Positions 40,890-54,139 are shown, counted from the first letter of the whole stretch. The stretch: DNA of 63,476 nucleotides, filler included, from Octopus bimaculoides (GCF_001194135.2; 6 parts of 5 records of this genome joined end to end with filler, not necessarily neighbours in it); one strand, 5' to 3'. Notes: generated from the sequence alone by a model not told the origin. Program-made: numbers and translations.

Positions 40890-41390
40890 CAAAGTTGACC
40901 TTGATGGACTTTGAACTCAGAACATAAAAAGTCAAACGAAATGTCTCTAAAACATTTAATTCAGTGTGCTAATGATTTTACCAGTTCACCAGACACAATG
41001 CCAGAAATTTTAGTGGGAGAGTTTATTTAAATAAAATGGTCCCAGTACATAGCTGGTAATACATTTTATCAACTGCAGAAGTCAACCTCAGGGAAATTTG
41101 AATGCAAAGAGCAATAATAATGTAAGACATTTTGTCTGACACTCTTAGAATTCTGGTAGTAATAATAATAATAATAATAATAATGGTTTCAGATTTTAGC
41201 ACAGGGCCAGTGATATCAGAGGCAGGGGCTAGTTGATTGTATTGACCCCAGTGTTCAACTGGTACTTATTTTATTGATCCCAAAGGATAAAAGGCAAAGT
41301 CAACCTCAACAGCTTTTGAACTCAGAATGAAAATTCAGACAAAATACCACTAAGTATTTTGCTTGGCATGCTACCAATTCTTGCCATTGG
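40890..41390 (-). mobile_element. Three decayed head-to-tail SINE family B copies
   Basis: tttgaactcagaa, actggtacttatttt and aaaggcaaagtcaacctc modules repeated; (aat)n spacer at about 41160-41184. Confidence 0.7.
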
Positions 41391-42250
41391 GGTTTACATA
41401 TAATGAAATGATAAAAAAAAAAGTAAGTATAGACGGTATACACTAAAAAAGAAGGGACATATGCATAGCGTACAAAGGTTAAAAATAAGAAGGTGGCAGG
41501 GAGGATGATAGAGATGTAGCCCTCTTGGTACAGGAAGAACTCTAGGTATAATTGAAGAACCCCACTGTCCGAGATTTTCCTAAACACCAAGAGCAACTGC
41601 CCTCTCCTATTCCTTCTCTCCGACTTACAGGTCTACACTGAAATAGGTACCATCCACTCTTGCCATTTTTGTAACTTTCACCCACCTTTCAATAAACTCA
41701 CTCGAGGACAGTACATCCCTCTCCACTCTGAATTTTCTTTTCAAGGAAAACTTAAAGAAGTCAATGAGAGCTCTACCAAGGAGGAATGTATCTGTCCTCA
41801 TGCCTTTCGGCCTTGTCCATCAAGCAACCTCTTTCACCACAGCCACCAGACAAAGGAAATTTGCCTTGCCTGCCCAATTGAAAGAGAGTGGTGGGGCAAT
41901 CATCACTTTAGACTTGGCCGACAGACTGATCCATCCCACACATGACAGCAGCTGTTTGACATAACCCCACAAGTCAGCAATGCCTGGACACTGAACGAGT
42001 GCATGCAGAATGGTTTCCTCACTCTGTGCACACCTTGGACAAGCCTATCTGACAGTATGTCCATGCTTGTAAAGTTTATCTCGAACCGGTAGCACCCCCC
42101 CCCCCNNNNNNNNNNNNNNNNNNNNNNNNNNNNNNNNNNNNNNNNNNNNNNNNNNNNNNNNNNNNNNNNNNNNNNNNNNAGTAGCACTGCTAGGCCAAGG
42201 ATATCTGGAAATTATCCATGATAGTTCCTGACCTGAAAATCCCCAGGAAC

Positions 42251-42302
<52 letters not shown>

Positions 42303-42314
42303 GTAATAATAATA

Positions 42315-43225
42315 TTGGTTTCAAGTTTTGACACCAGACCAGCAATTTTAGTCGAGGGGTAAGTTGATTACATCGACCCCAACTGGTACTTATTTTATCG
42401 ATCCAGAAAGGATGAAAGGCAAAGTGAGCCTTGATGGAATTTGTACTCAGAACGTAAAGACAGATGAAATGCCTCTAAACATTTTGACTGGTGTGTTACA
42501 GATTCTGCCTGCTTGCCACCTTCAGTGATAAAAATAGTACTATTGGTTTCAAATTTTGCCACAAGGTCAGACATTTCAGCAGAAGGGTCAGTCAATTACA
42601 TTCACCTCTGTGTTCAACTGGTACTTATTTTATTGCCCCTGGAAGGATAAAAAACAAAGTCAGTCATGGGAGAATTTGAAATCAGAAGGTAAGGACAGGT
42701 GAAATATCACTAGACATTTTACCCAGCATTCTAATGGTTCTGCCAGCTTGCTACATTTAACAATAATAATAATCCTTTCAACTAAAGGCACAAGGCCTGA
42801 AATTTTGGGGGAAAGGACTAGTTGATTACATTGACCCCAGAATTTTACTGGTGCTTAATTTATCGACTCTGAGAGGATGAAAGGCAAAGTCAACCTTGGT
42901 GCAATTTGAACTCAGAATGTAGGCACAGACAAAATGGCACTATATACTTTGCCCAGTGTGCTAACAATTCTGCCAGTTTACTTCCTTTCTAATGATAATA
43001 GTAATGATATTGATTTCAAATTTTAGCACAAATACAGCGATTTTGGGTTAAGTGGGTAAGTCAATTATACAACTCTAGTGTTCAACTGGTACTTATTTTA
43101 TTGACTCCAAAAAGATGAAAGGCAAAGTTGACCTCAGCAGAGTTTGAACTCAGAATGTAAAGATGGACGAGATATCGCTAAGCATTTCGCCCAGTATGCT
43201 AATGATTCTGCCAGCTCACTGCCTT
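42315..43225 (-). mobile_element. Array of four head-to-tail SINE family B copies, about 230-bp period
   Basis: Starts near 42315, 42540, 42775 and 43010, each preceded by aat-rich tracts and ggtttcaa.tttt.gcacaagg-like tail. Confidence 0.8.
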
Positions 43226-43868
43226 GGAGAGGGTCGAGTGCTTGTGAAAGTCTTGCACAGAAAGTGTACAAGTGTAGACATGACAAGGTAGCCCAAAACC
43301 TCCACTGGCTACTATGCCATAAGTATGGATATAAGGTTATGATTGCTTGGTACCAACATACACTGGAAAAGGTAATGGATGAAAAAGGGAAGGCAAAAAT
43401 CCTCTGGGACATTGATTTCCAGACAGACAAGGTGCTAGAGCACCGAAGGCCAGATATAGTAACCTTTAGAAGGAACAAACAAGAGTGCCTAATATATGAC
43501 GTGGCAGTGTCAGGAGATCAACATATCATCATGAAAGAAAGAGAAAAGGTTGATAAATATGGAGACCTGAGAATTGAGATCGCTAAGATGTGGCAACTAC
43601 AAGAGTCAAATAAAAAGGTTATCCCTATTGTCATCGGAGCATTGGGTTGAATACAACCCAATCTGAAAAAAAAACATCTGTAAACCTTAGAAATAACCTA
43701 CAATCTATATGCATTGCAAAAGTCGGCATTATTTGGAACTGCATGCATATTGCGTAGAGTACTGTTTGTCTGAGGTCCTTGGTGTGACTTGACAAATAGT
43801 ACAAGCACCCGGTAGACACAATATCTTCAATCAGCAACCTCATGATATTGTATACTGTACAACATCTA
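43226..43868 (+). mobile_element. 5'-truncated R4/Dong-clade LINE: RLE domain, 3' UTR and (TAA)n tail
   Basis: CESLAQKVYKCRHDKVAQNLHWLLC...KILWDIDFQTDKVLEHRRPDIV...CLIYDVAV...EKVDKYGDL...VIPIVIGALG...LQKSALFGTACILRRVL; followed directly by (TAA)n. Confidence 0.9.
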
Positions 43869-43912
43869 TAATAATAATAATAATAATGATAATAATGATG
43901 ATATTAATAATC

Positions 43913-43943
<31 letters not shown>

Positions 43944-44000
43944 TAATACTAATAATGATGATGATGATAATAATAATAAAAATAATAATAATAATAACAG
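43868..44000. repeat. (TAA)n tract at the LINE 3' end
   Basis: Direct reading. Confidence 0.95.
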
Positions 44001-44797
44001 TAATATTACCAACTTCTTTTAAAAGATCCTGTAGAACCAACAAAAAAATACTATTCACTTCAATACTACTATCTATCTTCTGTATCCCTATTACTACCAT
44101 GGGTGGTCCATATTATATTATATTATTAATGAATAATGGTTTGTTAGATCAGACAAGATTAAAGTACATAATTAATCTTACTTTTTTTCTACTTCCTAGC
44201 TCTCACTTTCTAACTTATATACATACATACATACATACATACATAGTACTCCACCATACACACACATATACATATACACACGCAATATGCATGTGTGTGT
44301 GTGCATGCATATGTCTTCGTGTATGTATGTGTTGTATGCGTGTTTCTGTATACTGAAGATGGAAGAGAAACAGATTAACATATCTGAAGCCGTTATTCCA
44401 TATGCACTAACATTTATGCAGATGTACAGATGTATATATGTATATATTCACAAGAATATGTCCCTCAGCTGTTTCAACTATATCTTTCTTGAATGTGTTT
44501 ATTTTTAATTATTTTACACACACACACACACACACGTGCGCATACACACACACACACGCACACAAAACACACACACACACACACACACACATTCATTCTA
44601 TATACATTTTTCTCTTCTCTTTGACTCTCTTTCTTTCTCATTTTCTGCATGTTAATATTTAAAAGATGACAGATGAATATATCACTTTGTGGGCTGACAA
44701 CTCATTGACCTCATATTTGTTGTATTTCCTTATGCATTTGGAAAAAAAAAAAATTATTGCACTTCATGTATGTTAGTAATGCATTTTTGCTTTACAG

Positions 44798-44906
44798 CTT
44801 GGAGTTTTGGAAAAAGTATGAATACCCTAAGTTTCCATTTGTTGTTTCAGAAACTCTTAACACCTTAAGATTCATTGTGCAAAGAAGTGGTACACAGTTC
44901 CAGAAG
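44798..44906 (+). CDS. Candidate internal coding exon, product unknown
   Basis: Acceptor tttttgctttacag|, donor GAAG|gtaatt; one open frame LEFWKKYEYPKFPFVVSETLNTLRFIVQRSGTQFQK; alternative acceptor at 44851; no family recognised. Confidence 0.3.
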
Positions 44907-44952
44907 GTAATTTCTAACATCTTTTCTTTCTAAATAATCCTTTCTACCACAT

Positions 44953-45149
44953 TTGCAAGGCCTGAAATTTGGAGGGAGGGGACTAGTGAATTACATCAAC
45001 CCCAGTGTTTCACTGAAAGTTAATTTATCGACCCCAAAAGGATGAAAGGTAATGTCGACCTAGGAAGAATTTGAACTCAGAACAGTGACAGGCAAAATAT
45101 GGCTAAGCACTTTATCCAGTGTGCTAAGGATTCTGCCAGCTCATTGCCT
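44953..45149 (-). mobile_element. SINE family B
   Basis: caaggcctgaaattt...atcgaccccaaaaggatgaaagg...tttgaactcagaac...ttctgccagctcattgcc. Confidence 0.8.
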
Positions 45150-45219
45150 TTCTTCTAAATAGTAAGTGTAATTAAGAAAACAAATGAATGAAGTATTTCC
45201 TATTCTGTTCCTTTTACTT

Positions 45220-46940
45220 TCACCCTGCCTAGCATGTACCCACCACACACATCTTTCTTTAAATGCTCATTAGTGGTAGTATATAGACAACAGATAGTAG
45301 AGGCAACAGACTGTCCCCTTAACAGATTCCTCTTTTGATATTTACCTCTCCCAGCTTATCTCCCCATGCTGTGAGTTCAGTTTGCCACATTGTCATTGAG
45401 TTTTGACGGAGGCGCAATGGCCCAGTGGTTAGGGCAGTGGATTCGCGGTCATAGGATCGCGGTTTCGATTCCCAGACCGGGTGTTGTGAGTGTTTATTGA
45501 GCAAAAACACCTAAAGCTCCACAAGGCTCCAGTAGGGGATGGTGGTGAACCCTGCTGTACTCTTTCACCACAACTTTCTGTCACTCTTACTTCCTGTTTC
45601 TGTTGTTCCTGTAATTCAAAGGGCCAGCCTTGTCACACTGTGTCACACTGAATATCCCAGAGAACTACATTAAAGGTACACATGTCTGTGGAGTGCTCAG
45701 CCACTTGCACATTAATTTGATGAGCAGGCTGTTTTGTTGATCGGATCAACTGGAACCCTCGACGTCGTAAGTGACGGAGTGCCAACAACATTGAGTTTTG
45801 TATTAGTATCAGGATATTATGTGAGACCTTAAATAATTTAAGGCATTCAATAATCACGGGTGTGGGACCATGTCATATGCTTTCCTGTAGTCCACCCATG
45901 CCATCACCAAATTTTTGTGTCTCTTCTTGCAATCAGCCAGGATAGTCTTATCGATTAGTATTTGATCCTTTGTTTCTCTGCTCTTATGTATACACCCTTT
46001 TTGTTCCACTGGTAGTAGATTGTTCTCATCTAGGCACTTATAGATGCTGTTTGATATGATGCCTGTCATCAGTTTCCACATCAGCGGCAAACAAGATATT
46101 GGTCGGAAATTTCCAACTGCATTCCCTTCATTTGGGTCCTTCTGGCATAGTACCGTTCTTTCGTTTGTCATCCAGGCCGGTACTTGGATGTCACTACTCA
46201 GTATTTCGTCCATCTGTCTCACAAATCTCCTGTGCAGAGCCGTCAAGTTTTTAAGCCAAAAGCCTTCAACTCCATCTGGCCAGGTGCTTTCCAGTGAGGA
46301 ATTTTCCTGCACTAATCTCTAATCATCCCCTCGGTTATTCTCAATTCCTCCTACTGATACTCTTCACTCTCCTCTTGGAGTGTCTTTAACCATTCTGCTG
46401 CAGTTTCATTTTGTTTCTCCTGCAACTACATGCTTGATCAGAATCTTTTACTTTCTTCAGCATCCAGCACGGCTTTTTCCCCTTTTTCTTTCCCATCCTG
46501 TTTCTGATAGAATCACTTCCGATTTTGTTCAAAAAGCCTGTTTAATCTGTACTGCTCAATTCTTTGTTCATATCTCTTTAGTTTACATGCTCTAGCTTTA
46601 AACCTCTGTTTTAATTCCTCAATCACAACATTGATTCCCTTTCTTTTCACCCTATACTTCCGCTATAGCTCAATATATTTCTCTTACTGAATTTCATTTC
46701 TCTTTTTCCATTTGAGAATATTGATATGCTTTCTGATCTTGTTACAAACTGCATTATTCTCCTTTTCCACCATGGTTCCTTCAGGTTATGTTGACATTTA
46801 CCTTTGGCTTTCAAACCTTACTTCCGGACTATAAAGATTGAGATTGTATTTATCAGATTGTTGGTGTCTGTGATGCTGTCAGTCCTGATATCACCAGTGA
46901 TATCATTTATCTTCCTGACCCATTCATTGAGTTTCCTTCT
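45220..46940 (-). mobile_element. R4/Dong-clade LINE, N-terminal region and first half of RT, interrupted by a SINE
   Basis: [10 protein letters not shown]...[19 protein letters not shown]...EQKGC...KDQILIDK...[15 protein letters not shown]; continues across the SINE as QNSMTMWQTEL...VNIKRGIC*GDSLLPLL. Confidence 0.9.
45406..45788 (+). mobile_element. SINE family C, full length, with 12-bp target-site duplication
   Basis: cattgagttttg at 45394-45405 and 45789-45800; head ggaggcgcaatggcccagtggttagg; short (caa) tail. Confidence 0.92.
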
Positions 46941-46977
46941 ATCTACTTTTTCAAACCTTATATGAAAGCTCTAGTCC

Positions 46978-47215
46978 CCTCCCCACAAATTTCAGGTCTT
47001 GTGCCTATAATAGAAAGGATTATTATTATTATTATTATTATTATTACTGTTACTAAGGCAGCAAGCTGACAGAATCGTTTGCACACCAGGTGAAATGCTT
47101 AGCAATATTTCATTTGTTACTACATTTGAGTTCAAATTCCGTCTAGGTCGACTTTGTCATTCATCCTTTCGGGGTCAATAAAATAAGTACCAGTTGAATA
47201 TCAGGGTCAATGTAA
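46978..47215 (+). mobile_element. SINE family B tail plus a following copy, separated by (att)n
   Basis: aaatttcaggtcttgtgcctataatagaaagg(att)n then ggcagcaagctgacagaatc...gagttcaaattcc...tcatcctttcggggtc. Confidence 0.75.
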
Positions 47216-48170
47216 TAATAATAATTAGTTTGAAGATTTATACTCTTCAAAATAGTCCCTTTAGAAAACATGCAGGGATTTCAGTACACCTTTGCATTGA
47301 AAGTACTATAGAGTTATCTGCTTGAAGGTCACCAAATGTTTTATCTTCTGTCTTAAAGAAGTGCCCTGTTAGTTTCAGTTTCAGCTTAGGGAGAAAGATG
47401 TTGCCTTGGACAAACGTCATAGCAACATGATGTTAGTCTTCTGGCAGACTCCATAAGTGACTTCAGTTGTATAAAAGAAGTTAAAATATTCTATGTATTG
47501 TAGAAGTATAACCAATTTATTGCACAATTTATAACAACAAAATCTTACATGGACCCCTAAAGGTCATATGGATCCAGGTTGAGAACCATTGCATTAGAGT
47601 ATGGTTTGAGAAAGACTCTACTGTATTTTTTATATTTTTGATTGGGTAAAGAATTCCTTATTGGCACAACTTATAGAAGACAAAGAGATTATTTTCATGC
47701 TATATTTTGTTTTTTCATATTTTACATCTAAATATATTGCTGAAGTTGATGACTGAAATCAATTAATAATTAACTGAAGAAAACGATCTCATTGATGTTC
47801 TTAAACATATATCTCTGCTACTTTATGATATTATGACACTAATTTCAGTCACTGGGTAGTAAGCTATGCTGGAGTGCCACTTTTAAGGGTATGAACAAAT
47901 ATATCAACCCTAACACTTGAAGTTTACTACTTATTCTATTTTATTGCCTGTAGGATAATGGAATGCAAAAGTTAACCTAGGTCTGATTTGAACTCAGAAT
48001 ATAAATTGTTTGTAACAAAATACTATAAGGCATTTGGTATGATGGCTCTAGCAAATCTGCTATTCGTCATTCTGGCACAGGAAATGACTTTAGCTTAAAT
48101 AATGTGCCTTGTCTTAAAAAGAACAGAAATGAAAAGAATAAAGAACATTATTTGTGTTTGTATCATACAG

Positions 48171-48317
48171 GAAACTCTAATTGAGTGAGAATCCCTACAA
48201 GCAGAATCTGTTGAAGATAATCACATAGACATAATTGACAATGCAGGAAGACAAAGAAACAATGTGAGAAAACTATCTTCTGGTATTCAAGCATGTCTCA
48301 GCTGTGTCTATTCCAAG
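48171..48317 (+). other. Candidate phase-0 exon with a single in-frame TGA
   Basis: Acceptor tttgtgtttgtatcatacag|, donor AAG|gtagat; 49 codons ETLIE*ESLQAESVEDNHIDIIDNAGRQRNNVRKLSSGIQACLSCVYSK. Confidence 0.2.
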
Positions 48318-49313
48318 GTAGATTTTGACATTTGTCCCACATAAGAAATAAAATAAGAAATAAAGACAGTACCGGGATTGATAGTACAGGGATTGATGTT
48401 AATGATTAAAACTAAAAAAAAATGGGTATTCCAGTATGGCTGCCATCAAATGACTAAGACCATTAAAAGAATAAAAGTAAAATAATAAATTAGAAAGGCT
48501 TGAATAAATATAAGTATACTCTACTCTTTGTATTGAGTACTTTTTCTCACCAGCAACGTATATTTTATCTTTTATCTTTTACTTCATTCATTCATTAGAC
48601 TCTAGCCATGCTGGGATACTGCCTTGAAGGGTTTAGTCTAACAAATTGACATAATACTTATTTTAAAGCCTGGTACTTGTGCTATTGGACTCAGCCAAAC
48701 TAATATTTTTTCTCTCTCCTCTTTCATCACATGAAAAAAAAGTCATTAGAACAGTGGCTCTCAACTATTCTCCCTTTATGGATCCCTTTGATTACTGTTT
48801 TATTCTGATGGACACCCATAGCCAAATGGCTGTTTAAAAACTAGCTCCATATATACTTCTTTCAAAATTCCTATTTTATTTTCACATGTCATTTGTATAG
48901 GTTTGCAAAGGCAGTCACTGTGAGAATATGTTTCAGTAGCTGGAAATATGTTGAACTATGTGAAGCATTAAAGAAAGAAACCAAGTTGTTCTGAGTTCAA
49001 ATGCTACTGAAGTCAAACTTTGGTTTTCGTCTCTTCAGGGCTGATAAAATAAAGTACAAAGAGAAGTATTAGAATCAATGTAATTAGCTTGATCTTCCTC
49101 TTCAAAAACTGATGGCTTTGAACCCAGTAACAGACTGACATTGCATCCAGGAGATTGTTGTGATACACAATGGGGAACAGGTAATCAGCCTTATGAATCA
49201 GGGAAAAGAACTCAAGAAAAATAAAAAATAAAGGTATTTTGGATAAATATCTTTTGCTACAGCTTCTGATCACTCTGCTGACCATGAGTGAAGTTGACAG
49301 GATGAAACTGTGT

Positions 49314-49481
49314 GGAAGCCTGCTAGATGGATTCATTCTGTGATTCAAAAAGTCTGTCTTTATAACATACACTGTGGAATTCTGATTCTGCTTGAGAGGA
49401 AACCTGCTAGATGGATTCATTCTGTGATTCAAAAAGTCTGTCTTTATAACATACACTGTGGAATTCTGATTCTGCTTGAGA
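49314..49481. repeat. 84-bp tandem duplication with 1 mismatch
   Basis: 49314-49397 versus 49398-49481. Confidence 0.95.
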
Positions 49482-49524
49482 ATTTCGTTGGGCAATATGC
49501 TGTGATTGAGAAGACCAGTTGAAT

Positions 49525-49812
49525 CAAGTGAAATCGTAGTCATGGCCGAATCCAGTGCCACCTGACTGGCACCCATGCCAGTGGTATGTAAGAAGCACCA
49601 TTCAAGCATGACTGATACCAGTGCTCGTGGCATGTAAAAAGCACCCACTACACTCTTGGAGTGGTTAGCATTAGGAAGGGTATCCAGCTGTAGAAACTTT
49701 GCCAGATCAGATTGGTGCCTGGTGCAGCCCCTGGCTTGCCAGTCCTCAGTCAAACAGTCCAACCCATGCCAGCATGGAAAGTGAACGTTAAACGATGATG
49801 ATGATGATGATG
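49525..49812 (+). mobile_element. SINE/RTE-tail family D, ending in (GAT)n
   Basis: aaaagcacccactac...ggcattaggaaggg.atccagc...ccaacccatgccagcatggaaagtgaacgttaaac(gat)n; same module at 51190-51450, 52995-53270 (-) and 63205-63470. Confidence 0.8.
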
Positions 49813-50365
49813 TTCATGTGTCTGCGGTATACACAACCACTTACATGCTAATTTAATGAGCAGCTAATTGAGCTGATCAAACAACTGAATACTCATTGTT
49901 AAAACTGATGGAGATTTATTTAGTGTATGTGCGTGTGGGGGAAGAGAATTTATGCATATGTATATATGAGAGAAAGAGAGATAAAGATATAGTGAGAGGG
50001 AGAGGAAGGGAGAGAGTGGAAGGGAGAGAGTGGGAGAGAGAGAGAGAGAGAAAAAGTAAAGTGAAATAAAAATAAGCCAAAAAGCAATAAACTGTCTGGG
50101 GACAGAACATAATAGAAGAAAATGTAAGGGAATTATTAAGAATTAATGGGAGAGAATCGGAAGAAATCTTTTAAATAGCTTTTAATAATTGTTTTTGTGA
50201 CGGCACTTCTTTTTTTCTTGTAGTTTTTATGATTTTAGAACAGTTATTTTGTTTCTTATTAATTCTAGTTTTTCCCCCCAATTTTTTTTTAATTTCCTTA
50301 TTTCCTTTTTGTTATCGTGAATATTTCTTGTTGTCTGTCTTACTTTTCTTCTTCTTCTTCTTCTA

Positions 50366-50404
<39 letters not shown>

Positions 50405-51684
50405 TCATTATTATTAAAAGCATTGTTATTGTTATTATTATTCTCATCACTATTATCAGTATTGTTGTTGTTGATGTTCATACGGTATTTTTTTGTGAAT
50501 TTTCTTCTTTTTAAGTAAGTCTTATTGGCATTTTTGTTATACATCATCATCATCATCATCATCATTTCCATCACTGTTTTTATTGATGATATTATTGTTT
50601 ATTTTTTCATTTTCTTATTGAACTTTCATCAATATGTACAATATTGAGTATTTTTTAAAATTTATTCTTTCATTTTTATTGTCTATGTATTATACTCTCT
50701 TTCTCTCTTTTCTCGATTTTTCATTCTCACTTATTTATATGCGTATGTATGTGTGTGTGTGTGGATGTGTGAGTGCATGCGTAAATCAAGCAAAGTTTAA
50801 TTAGTCATCCTGATATATTTGGCTTCTAATAAAAACGATACCACCACCACCACCAACAACAACAACAAATAAACAAAGAACACAAAAGAACACCAGTGAA
50901 ATTAATGAATACTTAACTAGAGCAAATATTAAGAGTTGTGCCACTATGTGATGTAGAACCATTTGTTGAGAACAATCTGTAAACCTGGTCATGTGATAAT
51001 ATTTAAGGTCTAATCAGTAATGACCCAAGTTAATGTTGTGTCAACACAGCTTTCATCATGGTTTCTGTTTTGCTTCAAAAATCATTTAAAATTTATCCCA
51101 TAAGGGCTGAGATTTCAAGCAAGGTTTGTTCCCTAAGATAGGTGGATTACAAGTGTAGACCCAGCCAGTTGACTACTTAAACCGGTGTTTCTCAACCATT
51201 CCTGTATGTGTTTGTGCCTTCTTGTCTTCAAATCACATGATAGTTGCAAACAAGAGTCACCACCATCCAAGTAGTGTCTTCTATCTCCAATCTTCCATGA
51301 AAACATGTTCATCCAGGAGAAAATATTATCTTATTTGAAAACAGTTGAGGATTAGCAACAGGAAGGGCATCAGACCATAGAAAACCTGCCTTAATCACAG
51401 CTCAACCCAAGTGAACATGAAAATGTGGATGTCAAAACAAATGATCATGATTTTATTTACTAACTTTTGGTGACACAGACGTCTGCCAGTTATTTACATT
51501 CTGGGCCTTACTTCAAAATACATTGTTTGATGAGAGAATCCTTTGGCATTGATATAAAATTGCAATCACAGAGTAACTGTAAAAAAAATCCCAATTTGCA
51601 TACCATTCCAAACAATATTTTCCAAGAATAGAAAATCAGACATAGTTATGCTGTTTGAAAGTACTAGACTCAATAGTTAGTTCT

Positions 51685-51840
51685 AAATTATTAGACAAGG
51701 CCAGAAATTTTGGGAGATAGGGTAAGTTGATTACATTGACCCCCAGCACTTAGCTGGTACTTATCTTATCAACCTGAAAAGGATGAAAAGCAAAGTCAAC
51801 CTTGGTGGAATTTGAACTTCAAATGTAAAGATGAATGAGA
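51685..51840 (-). mobile_element. SINE family B, decayed
   Basis: gacaaggccagaaattttggg...ggatgaaaagcaaagtcaaccttggtggaatttgaac. Confidence 0.7.
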
Positions 51841-52994
51841 TCCCACATGCTGAAGTTAGTCAAAGCAATTCACCTTCTGTTCTTTAATATGATCTCCATT
51901 CTCTCTCCCTGCAAAACATGATCACTTACAAACCTGCTAAATAGGTTGCTTTCACCTGCATTATTACTTTATGATATGATTTACATATCTAACAATCAAT
52001 AGTATTTTCACTAAGACATGCTTGACATAAGTCAGTTGTTTGTCCCACAATTTCTTTAATTCATTCTAACTGCATGGTAGTCCTATTGTCATGTACTATA
52101 CTGTGAAGACTCCACAAATGTATATTATTTTCATAAGAAAAATTACTTTGTAGTCACACCTTGTTTTTCCTTTATCTTCTGCTGTGACCTTTGCTCTCCA
52201 GAATTTGTTAGCTCTATACCAACATTTGTCAATCCTTCTCTTCTCAAAATTGTTTTTCTTCTCCATTAGACTGTTTAATAACTTAATTCCTAATCTTTCC
52301 CCTTTAAAATAGTATCTCCACTGACAACTCAGCTGGAATTAGCAACTTACTTAAATCATACTCTGCCATCTTAAATTAGGAAAGAACACTTAGATAATGT
52401 GGTTCTGCTTACCCCAAGATGATCATGGCTAGCATGCCATTGATCATAGGTCTGCTCAAAAAGGGCTAACTTAGGGTTAAACGATAATGTTCTATGCTCA
52501 CATGTTCACTGTAACTATTAACTTCCAACATTTCCAAGGAAACATTAATTTTGCCACCTAACATCATATCTATAAGCCAAAAAGAGATTTAAGAGTATAA
52601 GGAAATCTATGATGGATATAAATGACATTAAAGCATCTCAAAAAAAAAAAAAAAACCTTGTCCACTGGACTGGACTCGGGACTCAGGAGTCATATTGATT
52701 CAGTTCTCACCAGGTCATATGACAGCCAGTGGTTGTGAATATTGAATATTTCTTAAGAACAGACTACACCTTCTCAACATAAATTAGTGATTATTAACAT
52801 CAGGTTGAGAACAAGGAAGATTATAAAAACATATGATATCTATATTGTGGGAAGTATGAAACCTAAAAAGTTCCAGAGTTAAGTAAGGCATCCAAGACAT
52901 AATTGTTGGTTAATGCTTATTTAAACAGGTAGGACAAAACAGAAATTTGACAGATAAAGTCACTGGTTCTTCTTAAGGGACAATTTGCTGCAAT

Positions 52995-53270
52995 ACATCA
53001 TCATCATTTAACGCCTGCTTTCCATGCTGGCATGGGTTAGACAGTCTGACATGAGGTTGGCCAGCTGGGAGCTGTCCATACTCCAACTGTCTGTTGTGGC
53101 ATGGTTTCTATGGTTTCATGCCCTTCCTAACACCAACCACTTAGCATAGTGAGCTGGGTGCTTATTACATGCCACCAGCATGGGTGCGTTTACACAGCAC
53201 TGGAATGGGTACATTTATGCAGCACCAGCATGGATACTTTTTAAGTGACACAGGCACCTAAAAGGACAAG
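52995..53270 (-). mobile_element. Family D element
   Basis: (cat)n ttaacgcctgctttccatgctggcatggg...cccttcctaacaccaaccac. Confidence 0.75.
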
Positions 53271-53752
53271 ACTGTATATGTAGAAGAAAGTAATTTTACT
53301 TCACTTGATGCATCTTATCAAGTACTGCAAATTGCCACATCTCTCAGTTCCTTGTCATTTCCTCATTGAGGCCCAGCGTCTGGTGTATGGTTTCAGCCAG
53401 GCAGTAAACATAAGTATGGGCACAGTGGGTAATGTAGTCTAAAGAAAAAGCTAGATCATTGCAGTTGAAATGCCTTTCACTCATAGGTCTGTTTATTCAG
53501 CTCAAATGTGAAGTTAAACAGCAACAGTAACATTCCCATCTAAATTCTCATCTTAATTCTGGTAACCTTAACCATAATTTCTAAATGTCCTTTAAATTTG
53601 AAATCTTAATTGTTGATATGACATGATATGTCATAAGTGTCTGTATATTGTGTTTTTTTTGTCAATTTAGTAATAAAATAAACAGATTAATCAATGGAAT
53701 ACAATGTCTGCAAGTTGATGGGTACCTCATATTCCACTCCATTTTCTTATTG

Positions 53753-53811
<59 letters not shown>

Positions 53812-54139
53812 TCATATACATGTAGACATAAACTTATATACACAGGCATGCTCATGCAGAGAGACATTGCTTCCATATATAAATATATCTACAATTGTAT
53901 ACACACACATACAAATACATATATACATAAACATGGACACATACAAATATATACATATGCATACAGCTAGACACATACCAGCATGTGTATATATGCTCAC
54001 GCACATACATATATATACATACATGTATGCATACATAGTTAGCAGATGAGATCCAGGGATTTTCAATATAGAAAATGCTTAGTAGCATTTAAATGATTCA
54101 AACTTATTTTGTGTATCAAACCCAAGCTTTTATATTTAA

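Noticed and set aside
41430-41965. Possible apurinic-endonuclease remnant (RRD...VALLVQEEL; PTHDSSCL)
   Set aside because: Scattered weak motifs in different frames; not distinguishable from chance by eye.
42315-43225. CRISPR-like appearance of regularly spaced repeats
   Set aside because: Units are about 200-bp diverged SINEs, not short identical repeats with unique spacers; eukaryotic context and no cas genes.
47375-47460. Acceptor-like tttcag followed by LREKDVALDKRHSNMMLVFWQTP*
   Set aside because: No donor, early stop and no recognisable homology.
49013-49762. 249-aa minus-strand ORF
   Set aside because: It is composed of antisense family D repeat plus the 84-bp duplication; no coherent domain.
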